This document shows, piece after piece, positions 11,135 to 21,562 of a stretch of DNA of 64,000 bases. Made by a program: the position numbers and the translations under genes. The stretch spans positions 124,001 through 188,000 of the forward strand of contig MCFE01000008.1 of the NCBI GenBank assembly GCA_002104905.1, given 5' to 3'. Positions within the stretch are counted from its first letter, which is position 1. Every line of letters begins with the position of its first letter. This DNA is from Basidiobolus meristosporus CBS 931.73 (lineage: Eukaryota; Fungi; Basidiobolomycota). Under the pieces are notes generated by a model, which made no database searches, had not been told where the DNA came from, and saw only the letters and a list, made by a program, of their open reading frames with translations.

Positions 11135-11662
11135 TGTCATGATCACATGACATCCCTGGTCTCCAATTATCTAGCCAAATCAAGTCAGTGAAGAAATCCC
11201 AGTTCCTTCTAGAAAGTTCAACTACATTCTAGCAACTTCTTGAAAGCTCCAAGTCAATGTTGCACAACAGAACATTCTATGGAAGCTTCCCATTAGAGTC
11301 TATGTAGTCGCATGCCATGTATGGTAACTACATGTCACATGACATAGTCACATCATCAGCTGACCCCTGACATATCTCCATGTGATATTCCAGTCTGTTC
11401 TTTAGTATATGCTATCTTGGCACACTTACTGTGCCTCACCCCAGAACCCCACCAGTATTAGCCAATATCTCTTGGCATCCATATTGCCAAAAAGTATATT
11501 TAGTCCTATCCCCCCTTATGTATTCCTCAGTCTGATAAACACCGGTCTTGAATAAACAGCCTTGCCTTCAAAATCCACCTTGCCTTGTTGATCCACACCT
11601 AAGTCCTTTCCTGGTCCTGCCTTACCTAGCCCTACTCTCCTGCCTTGTGTCTATTCATAACA
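11135..11662 (+). repeat. LTR2 (528 bp)
   Basis: TGTCATGATC...TTCATAACA, a direct repeat of 5738-6264. Confidence 0.93.
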
Positions 11663-14541
11663 ATTCCTGGCTCTTGGTGATTGTTTGACACCATATAGTG
11701 ACTTTATGAGCTTGCAGGCCAAATGGGGGTTATCTTGGTCAACAAACCCATCAGGCTGGTCCATATACATGTCCTCATCAAGTTCTTCATTCAAAAATGC
11801 AGTTTTTACATCCATTTGATGAATAAGAAACTTATATTTGGCTGCAATAGCCAATATTAATCTGCTGGAATTAAACTTGGCTACCGGTGCAAAGGTCTCA
11901 GTATTGCCAAGTCCTTTTGTTTAAGGGTATCCTTTGGCCACAAGTCTTGCTTTGTATCTTTCATTTGTACCATCAGCTTTGTATTTTGTCTTGAAGACCT
12001 ATCTGCATCCAATTGATATTTGGTTGATTGGTAATTTGACCAAGTCCCAAGTTTGATTTTCCATCAGGGCCTGATATTCATCAGTCATTGCAGATCTCCA
12101 AAACCTTGTCTGAGGACTATTTAGGGCCTCTTTTACAGTCTGGGGCTCATCAATATGGACTGAATAGGCAAAGGCCAAGTTTATACCTTCATTGATATAG
12201 TAGTTTGGGCTATTTCTTGTCCAATTGGATCTCCAGGCATTTGATACTGGAATGATCACTTCTGAGAAATTCCTGGGCACTGATTCTGGCTGAACCACAG
12301 TTGTAGAGTCCTCTGAGGTGAAAAAATTTCCATTGTTTTGCTCTGAATCAATCCTGACAATTGGTCGACTTGAGATCAGATTTTTGTCATCATTTGATGT
12401 CATTTTTTGTGAAAATTTTGAATTGTTCTTCAAACAACACATCCCTGGACCTGATTAGCTTCTTTGCTTTGGTATTGTAGAGTCTGTATGCTTTACTTTC
12501 ATTGCAGTAGCCTAAGTATATGCATTTTACACTCTTTGGCTCAAACCTTGACTGATTCTCAGGCAGTTTCTTGGCATATACTGTACACCCAAATATTCTT
12601 AGATGTTCTGCACTTGGTCTGTATCCCTACCATGCTACAGATGGAGTAGAACCACAAAGTACTCTGTTATAACTCCTATTTTTAAGATATACAGCAGTGG
12701 CAACAGATCTTGCCCAAAAATCATATGATAATTTTTGATCATGGATCATAGATCTTGCTATATCAATTATTGATCTGTTAGCACATTCTGCAACTCCACT
12801 TTGCTGTGGGGAGTATGGTACAGTAGTCTCTTGCTTTATCCCATGAATCTTGCTGAAGTGGATGAAGAGTTTTGAGGTATATTTTCCATCATTGTCATAG
12901 CGTATTTTCTTGATTTTTTCACCAGTTTCTCTCTCCACCATAGTTTTGAGCTCCCTGAGCTTAGACAGATCTTCTTCCTTTCTCTCCATGAAGTAGACCC
13001 ATGTGTATCTTGTATAACCATCAATAAAAGTGATTTAATACTTCATCCTGCCTAAGGATAAATTTTGCATAGGTCCACACAGATCTGAGTGAATTAGATC
13101 TAATTTTTTCTTAGTTTTTATCAACCCAGAGCTCTTGAACAGTTGTCTGACTTGTTTCCCATATATGCAGGCTTTACAGTGCTCCAAATTAGCTGGGGGA
13201 TCAATTTGTACTCCAGAAATTAGCTGATCTCTGATCATTTTGCACAAATAATCAAAATTGATGTGCCCAAATCTCCTGTGCCAAAGCATTGGTGTTTCTT
13301 CATTTAAGTTACTTATATTGGCTTCCAAATATGATGGAATATAAGCTAACTTGCATAGGTTCTGATCTCTGATACCCAAAGTAATATGGGCACCATTTTG
13401 ATCAGTGATCTTGCATCCAGAATCATCAAAGCTGAAACTGAGTCCTTCTGCAGTGGCCTTGCTTACAGATTGTAGGTTTTTGGCTATTTCTGGTACATAG
13501 AGTACTTCTGTAAAGGTCAGTGTATGGCTTCCTTCACTGCTTCTTGGGTTTACTTGGATAGTTCCTTCTCCCACTGCATCAAGTGTTCTATTGTCACCCG
13601 TGAAAACCTTCTTAATTGGAATATCTTGATATTGGGTAAAAAGTTCTTTTTGGTGTGTAAAGTGTTGAGATGCTCAAGAGTCAATGTACTACATCTGAGA
13701 GTCCTTGTTTGTGGTCATATTTAGTGCAGATATGAATAGTCTATCTTCAGTTGTTGCAGCATTTCCATATTCAGGCTTCTTTTGCTGATTATCTTTCTTT
13801 TTGAGACACTGGTCTGATGTGTGTCCTTTCCTTTTGCAGTAGTTACAAAACAGGTTGCTGTAGCCTTTGTAGGGTCTTGGGTACCTCCTTTGTTGGTTAT
13901 CATTGCTTATTAAAGCATTTTCTTCTTCCTTCTGATTGGTGCTTAATTTTCTTAATTCTTCATCCAGGAGCCTTCCATATACATAATTTAAGGTCAAATC
14001 TTCAGTTCTGGACTCTAGGGCTGATACAAGGCCTTGAGACTTGTCTGTCAGGCTATTCAGGATGGTAACTATCACATTCTCATCAGTGATTGGTACACCC
14101 ACAGATTCCATCTCATCTACCAGCAGGGTAATTCTGTTAATTAGATTTTCATTTCTTCTCCTGGCAGCATCTTTGTAGTAAAGAATATTTGTCTCAGATA
14201 CATTTTCTTAGCAGCTGAACATGACTGGTAGGTGTCTTTTAATGCCTTCCAGGCATTCTTTGCCACTTTTGCTCTTGAGCATGGAATTAGCAATTTGTCT
14301 TTAACATTAAGGCAAATGCAGTTAAAGTCACTTTGTTCTTTCTTCTGGTACTTTAAGACTTCCTCTCCCATGTTTTTAGGAGGGCATTCTTCTCCCATGA
14401 CAATATCCCAAAGGCCTCTTTCTTGCAGCAGCATCTTCATCTTCACCTTCCACACTTGTTAGTTAGATCCACCCAGCTTTTCAGCAGAGGGAAAAGTTCC
14501 AGTAATAGCAGTTGTAGACATTTCAGAGAGTGACAGCTTGA

Positions 14542-14552
14542 GGCTCATAACT
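14542..14552 (-). promoter_or_regulatory. Copia PBS complementary to the tRNAiMet anticodon stem-loop (Ty5/copia-type half-tRNA priming)
   Basis: The minus strand reads ...CTACAACA|AGTTATGAGCC; the plus strand GGCTCATAAC matches the CAT anticodon arm. Confidence 0.75.
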
Positions 14553-15031
14553 TGTTGTAGGAATCTTGGCAATATTGGAAGTGATTGGGAGAACAAGTGG
14601 ATTATGTGGTTTTCACTTAATGATTTATTGAATGTAAAAGTAGTATTTATACTTTTACCTGGTCTTGGCATTATAAACATGTAGAATAGGCTAAGGAAGA
14701 TCCCAAGAACATATGTGCAAAGTTTGGGGCTGTTTGGACAACTTTGAAAATTTTCATGTTCTGGGTGACCAGTATTTTGGTGAAAATATTCTACATAAAT
14801 CCTGACTAGGAATTTGGTCAGCATTCTCTAGAATTTAAGGGTAATGATTCAAGTGACTAAGCTAGGTGAATATTTAGGCAGAATTTCAAATTTTTACAAC
14901 AGTATTTTGGTAAAAATATTCTAAGTAAATCCTGACAAGGAACTTGGTCAGTATTCTCTGGGATATGAAGGTAAAGATCTAGGTGACTAAGTTAGGTGAA
15001 TATTTAGGTGGAAATACAAATTTTTACAACA
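14553..15031 (-). repeat. Copia 5' LTR with a 130-bp tandem duplication at the U3 end
   Basis: 7-bp terminal inverted repeat TGTTGTA...TACAACA. TATAAATA- and AATAAA-like motifs lie in the correct order on the minus strand. Units 14771-14900 and 14901-15030 both end TTTTTACAAC. Confidence 0.75.
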
Positions 15032-16114
15032 TGGTGCACATTGAAAAGGTCTTGAAGAAGCTAAGAGAGAACAAACTATATGGCAAGCTAGCAAAGTGTG
15101 AATTCTTCAAGGAACATGTTGAATATCTGGGACACATAGTGACTAGCACAGGAGTGACCTTAGACCCTAAGAAGGTAGAAGTTATCAAGAATCTGAAGCA
15201 GCCCCATAGCATATCAGAACTCAGTTCATTCCTTGGAATGGTTTCCTATTATTGGAGATTTGTCTAGTCCTTTGCAAGTATTGTAGCCCCTTTAACGGAT
15301 ATCCTCAAGAAAGACAATACATATAAGTGGGACATAGCTTGTGAGACTGCCTTCCAGATGCTCAAGAATGAACTTGCTAAGCTGCCAAGCTTAGGAATAC
15401 CTGACATCTGAATAGAGTTTAGTCTGTGCACAGATGCTTCAGACTATGCAATTAGTGGAGTACTGAGCCAAGAACATTAGGGAAAGAACTACCCAGTTGC
15501 TTTTGAGTCCAAGAAACTGAACTCAGCAGTGAAGACTGATCTTGCCTCACTTAAGTATATATTTACTCAGAAGGTACTATACAGAATAATGACATGATGG
15601 AGTGAATATATTCAGCAATTTGACATGGAGATTGTCTACTGCCCTGGGAAAAACAACACAGTTGCTGAAGCCTTATCAAGACTAGAGCTAGTGGCACAAC
15701 TCAGCTTGGTGCATGAATCAGATTGGCCTAGCCTATTACCCATGTACTTGGAGGACCAAGCTATTCCTAATGAGGTGGATGAAGAGATCAAAAAGATAAT
15801 CCAGGATGAAGCCAGCAAATTTGTAGTACAGGATGAAACACTCTACCAAATTGTTGATGGAAGCCCTATTGCCTATTACCCTTGTGTTGCTTGCCTGGAT
15901 TTAATACATAAGCTACACAATGTACATGGACATCTTGGAATTAAAGGAACCTATAACCTTATGAAAGCCAGAACATGGTGGCCCAGAATGAAACAAGACA
16001 TTGAGAAGCTAGTGAAAACATGCCCAAATTGCCAAATCAACCAAGGCCAACCACAAAGAATTGCTGAACTCTTTCCCTTGGAGCCAGTAAGACCATTTGA
16101 AAGATGGGGAATTG
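15032..16114 (+). mobile_element. Fragment of a second Ty3/Gypsy family pol (RT thumb, RNase H with internal deletion, integrase HHCC zinc finger)
   Basis: KLAKCEFFKEHVEYLGHIV, TDASDYAISGVLSQ, HGHLGIKGTY...WWPRM....VKTCPNCQ. It ends at FERWGID. Confidence 0.88.
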
Positions 16115-17268
16115 ATTCAAAATTTTCACAAAACATGACATCAGATGAAAACAAAAATCTGATCACAAGTCCACTAATTGTCAGGATTGAATCAGAGCAA
16201 AACAATGAAAATATTTTTGCTCCAGAGGACTCTACAACCATGGTTCAGCCTGAATCAGTGCCCAGGAATATCCCAGAAGTGATTGTTTCAGTGTCAAATG
16301 CCAGGAGATCCAACCGGACAAGAAATAGCCCAAATTACTATATCAATGAGGGTACAGACTTGGCCTTTGCATATTCAGTCCATATTGATGAGCCCCAGAC
16401 TGTAAAGAGGCCCTAAATAGTCCTCAGACAAAGTTCTGGAGATCTGCAATGACTGATGAATATCAGGCCCTGATGGAAAATCAAACTTGGGACTTGGTCA
16501 AATTACCAATCAACCAAAAACCAATTGGATGCATATGGGTCTTCAAGACAAAATACAAGGCTGATGGTACAGTTGAAAGATATCAAAGCAAAACTTGTGG
16601 CCAAAGGATACTCTCCAAACAAAAGGACTTGACAATACTGAGACCTTTGCACTGGTAGCCAAGTTTAATTCCATCAGATCAATATTGGCTATTGCAGCCA
16701 AATATAAGTTTTTTATTCATCATATGGATGTGAAAACTGCATTTTGGAATGGAGAACTTGATGAGGACATGTATATGAACCAGCCTAATGGGCATTGCTG
16801 ACCAAGATAACCCTCATCTGGTCTGCTAGCTCAAAAAGTCACTATATGGTCTCAAACAATCATCAAGTGCCTGGAGCTGCAAGATAGATTCTTATTTGGA
16901 ATCTTTGAGTTTCAAAATGGAGTAATGCTGACTATAGTATATATTATAAGCCAGATAGAGTCAAATCCAGTTCTATTAGCTCTATACATGTGGATGATCT
17001 TATTATAGCCACCAATAACCTAGAAACATTGGAAGAGACTAAATCCAGCCTATCTAAGGAGTTCAAGATGTTCAATCTAGGAGAACTCAGTTACTACCTA
17101 GGGATTAAGCTCTCCATAGACACAAGTACCCAGACTATCACCCTAAGTCAATCCAAGTATATTCAAGATATACTAAAGAAGTACCAAATGGAAGACTGTA
17201 AACAGGCAGCTACCCCAATGGAGACAGACCTTAACTTGGTCAAAACTCAACCAGATCAGTATGTGTAA
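16115..17268 (+). mobile_element. Second copy (RT region) of the same Copia family, opposite orientation
   Basis: 16115 to about 16870 is an inverted, diverged copy of about 11663-12425. It continues with HVDDLII and LSYYLGI. Confidence 0.9.
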
Positions 17269-18549
17269 ATGCAACTCAGCCTGCTCTAGTAGACTTGTGT
17301 CTAATTGAGCAGTATGGCAAGTTCTGGTAGTTTTGCTCTCAGCTGTGTATGTTGACTTGGTGTGTGGTGCTCTTGTGAAGGAGGTTGGTGTAGATTGGAT
17401 TGGCATGTACCAGCCTGCTGGAGGTGCAATGCTTTGTAAAGACTCTAATGAAGCATGCTGGCACAATCTTGATGCAGTTGCCCACAGTCTGCATTCCTCC
17501 TCTTGAAGCTCACCTTCTGATTCTTCAAGGTATTCACTTACCCTTTGTTGGATACTCTGAAACTGTTGCCTTGATAAGCCCTGTGAATACTGCTCTTGGA
17601 AGCCACTCAGCTCTACAATATATTCCACAGCACACTAATCATTTGAGGTAAAAACTTGTTCAAAATCTCCCTGCCCAAATTTGGGGCACAAACAGACACA
17701 TCTAGCCCATACTGCACAAATTGCATGTGGAATTGTTTGCAAGCAGCCTCCTCATCAAATTGCTTCCACAAACTCCGTCAATCTGTATCAGCCTATTACA
17801 ACTACTCCGCACTTGACATCGTCATTACTAAAATAATCCAGAAGTGGAAACTCCGCGTGGCTTAGAAGCCTCTGTATTTGTGGGTATTCTAAGGGAGCGC
17901 GTGGATTAGTTGGAAATGCATAGAGGCAACTGCATCCGCAGCGGAGGTTAACCTAGCCGTTCCATCCAACTCCCCGCAAACACCGCAACAAAGAACACTC
18001 CGCTCAAGATTACTCCTTCAACTGGACCTGTTGAGTTGACATCAGCCGTCGTTCAGTTATGTAGCAATTGGCTATCTGAGTCAGCCTGAGGAACGCAGGC
18101 TTATTTAACGATTAATGGTGTGGGTCATTCTTGCTCTAATTACATACTTCTATATTGTTTGATCACTTAAATGAACCGCATCGTAAATTCCCAGCCCAAT
18201 CCAACCACACCTTTACGTTCACTTAAAACGGCAGCTTTTCGAGAACTTTCCTCATATTCTGAGCCTCTTCCGACCCTCCACCCAACGGTCGAAGCTCACT
18301 TTACGACCTAGATGGTACACAAATCTTGCGATATTGCTGGGCAAATAGATCAAAAGGAAACCATGCGGAAGTGGCGGGTTGGGATGGTGGAATCATGATA
18401 AATATGGCATTAAGCGAATAAGGCCATCATCATTGATGAAGGCAAAATTATTCGAGTTGTGTTGATGGAGTGGGAAAATCAATGGAGTGACCAATTTAAG
18501 GTGACTAATCGCCAAGTTGCTTTTACACATTGTCCGTTACGAGAATAGT

Positions 18550-21290
18550 ATGAACGTCCCAAGAGCTCACCTGGATCGTTTGCGTCCCTTCACACTGAAA
18601 TTCGACTCCAAGCAGCTGGCAAGTAGAGTTAGCGGAATCGTGCATTCGTTGACGTCAGTCGCCGAGACAGTGGGAAAGTTGAAGCCGGAGCTGAAGCCCA
18701 CACCTGAAGAAACCCTCCTTCGCCTACAAAATGCGGAGGGACGTGCCGCGTTAAACCAGTCCGCCTGTATATTACCCGCCATGGTATGTGCATTGAGCCG
18801 GGAAATATGTCCAGGTGATTACGTAACTGAACCCTTTCCTCCACTTTCACTCCCCCTAGGTCCACCAAGATCAGTCCGTTCGCAACGAGGCTACACTTGC
18901 CAAGCGTCAGATAAAGGATACCTGGGATGCCATATACACTCGAGAGGACCTTTACCAAGTGTTGAAGTCACTTCCCAACCATCACCAAAAGAGATTCGAG
19001 GAGGACCCGCTTCTAAAGCGACTACACTCCCGCGTGATCCGTCTTTTTGAACGCAACGGCCTTGGACTCTCTGCAGAAAAGCGTGACCAGTATCGAGAAC
19101 TCAAGGTGGAGATTACTAAGCTGGAGAACGAGTTTCAACAGAATATCAATGAGGACACCACCTTCGTACTCTTTACTAGAGAGGATTTGCGTGGTTGCTC
19201 CGAAACATTCATCGACAGTCTTCCGCGAAAGGCCGCTACTCCCCAGCAGGGGCCAAATGCGAAATCGGAGGAGCTGTTGTATGCAGTGTCGTTGAAACCA
19301 GCGGATGTTCTGACGGTCATGCAGTCGGCGATTCTCTCGTCCACCAGAAAACGATTGTTAACCGCCTCGCACAGCCAATGCCAGAAAGCCAACTTGCCTA
19401 TTCTGGCCAAGCTCATTCACACACGACACCGCGCGGCTCAACTGCTTGGCTTTCCCTCGCACGCCGCCTTTCAGTTGGACGTGAACATGGCCAAATCCCC
19501 GGAAAATGTGGACGTTTTTCTTCGAAAGGTGTTGGAGAAAGTCCAACCGATCCTGCATGAGAATGTGGACAAGCTCCTGCAGCTGAAGAAAGCCGAATGG
19601 GCCGCCCACGAAGGTGAATGGGGCCCATTTCGACGGACAGCTCAATCTGTGGGACATCGGATATTACGAGCGCATCCTGCGTAAAGAGGAGTACTCCGTG
19701 GACGACGATAAGGTGAAGGAGTATTTCCCACTGGACTCGGTGTTGAACAAAATGCTCGACATGTAAGCACCACCCAGGATGTGGTTTGTGAGTGATCGAT
19801 TAACCGGCGTTGATTAACCGGCGTTGAATAGATATCAAGAGATCTTCCACCTGAAGTTTGTTCCGGTCTCCGAGCCCCACGTCACATGGTCATCCGACGT
19901 ATTGTGCTATGCTGTGTACGACAATGGGAACGTCTCCAAAAACCAGCTGCTGGGATTGTAAGTGGTACTTCCGGGCATATTCACCTGCATCCACTGACTC
20001 GATTCGTAGCTTTTACCTTGACCTTCTTCCGCGTGATGGCAAATGTACGTGCCACAAATTGCTGTTAACTGGGGCAGATTTGCTGATTTGACGACTTGTG
20101 TAGATTCCCACCAATGCGTAGCTCCGCTGGCGCCTTCCTGCACTTTGTCCGATGATGAGGAGGAGAAGCAGGTTCTTCCGGTAGTCGTGAACATTGGCAA
20201 CCTTACCAAGCCAACCCCCTCATCTCCATCACTCCTCAAGCACAGTCAAGGTAACACTCCATTATGTAATCCGAAGCGGTTTGCGTCATTGATGCTGATT
20301 TGGTTCAATCTAGTACAGACATGCTTCCATGAGTTAGGTGGGTATTTTTCTGTCGGGCCAACCACAGCTGCTGTGAAGGCTAATCATCGTTTTCTGTAAG
20401 GCCATGCCATCCACGCCGTCGTCACCAAATCCCCCTACCTGCTCTTCTCTTGGTCATGGTCCGTCAACCCATATCCCGCTGGAGTTGAGATGGATTTTCT
20501 CGAGACACCTTCACAAATGGTAAGCAAGCAGCGGCACTGTGTATGAGCAAAGATTCTTATCATCCTCTCCTTCCCACTGTCGCCTGTTGACTAGCTCGAG
20601 GTAAGCTCAACCCTATCTTTGGATCAGCACGGTGCAGCTAATGACTATTGTATATCCAACAGAACTGGATTTGGGACTCTGCCGTCCTGAAGAGACTGTC
20701 CAGCCATTTCCAAACGCAGGAGCCGCTTCCCGACGACATGATTGCCGGAATCATCCGATCACGCAATGTGAATGGAGGATACAAATACAGCCGACAGATC
20801 TTCATGTCGCTCTATGACATGGCCATTCATGGTGACTCGAAGCTTGATTTGGAGAAAGGAGACATAGCCGCTATTGAGACCAAAATCACTCAGCTGTGGG
20901 ACAAAATGCAGAGGGAATGCACCGGGATGGAGATGATTCCTGGTACGCTGCCAGCTACCTCATGGTACCATCCGGCCATGGGATACGACGCGGGTAAGTA
21001 AAGCGACGTTTCGGATGTGGCCACGATATGACACTAACCCCTGGTGGACGCTAGGCTATTACTCGTACCTTTGGGCCGAAGTCTACTCTCACGATCTCTT
21101 CACTCGATTCCAACAATCCCCGGGTGGCCGCGGCTGCTTCGACTCCCAAATCGGCTCCGAATACTTGAAGAAGATCCTCGAGCCAGGAGCCACCGTTGAC
21201 GCCATCGATATGCTCCGAGATTTCCTTGGCCGTGAGCCAAATGAGGAAGCATTCCTGCGCGCTTTGTTGCCCAAGAGCACCCAGCCCTAA
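18550..21290 (+). CDS. PRD1: M3A metallo-oligopeptidase (thimet oligopeptidase/neurolysin/saccharolysin-like), multi-exon, apparent +1 frameshift near 19629
   Basis: Spliced HELGH zinc motif, DFLETPSQMLENW, GYDAGYYSYLWAEVYS, LGREPNEEAFL, and GT-AG introns. The symbol is the best yeast analogue, not proven orthology. Confidence 0.85.
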
Positions 21291-21562
21291 ATATCCAGGA
21301 CGAATGAGCAATAAACTTAATTATCTATGTGTGTGTTGCAGAATCCGCGTGTTGCAGAATCCGTGTGTTGCACTGGATGAAGAGCCGTGAACTATTTTGG
21401 TATATGAAGGACTGATCCGAGTCGGGTCAGGGCTCAGCGAAACTGCCACCTCTACATTTAGTTTAATTACGGTCACTCAGTGAATATTGGAATCAACTGT
21501 GATAGCATGAATAATTTATATTCAATGGCATTTCTGAACCAAAGCTTCCTTAACCTCGAAGT

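Larger units (their letters stand above)
5738..11662 (+). mobile_element. Full-length but inactivated Ty3/Gypsy chromovirus (Tf1/Sushi-like): LTR-gag-PR-RT-RH-IN-chromo-LTR
   Basis: Paired TG...CA LTRs, gag with CCHC knuckle (CLYCYQPGHFAKSC), protease LIDSG, RT ([23 protein letters not shown]), RNase H (ETDASD, DKELLAI), integrase and chromodomain. Many stops and frameshifts. Confidence 0.95.
11663..15031 (-). mobile_element. Ty1/Copia retrotransposon (5' LTR, gag, PR, IN, RT), truncated inside RT by the chromovirus LTR2
   Basis: gag begins near 14521 (WKVKMKMLLQERGLWDIV, CNYCKRKGHTSDQC). Other motifs: LWHRRFGHIN, CKAC..GKQ, LIHSDLCGPM, integrase TVPYSPQQSGVAE, RT QMDVKTAFLN and LYGVKQSPR. 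Copia domain order with IN before RT. Confidence 0.93.

Noticed and set aside
14771-15030. 130-bp and 207-bp (8-410) repeats as CRISPR-like arrays
   Set aside because: They are two-copy tandem duplications without unique spacers, in eukaryotic DNA with no cas genes.
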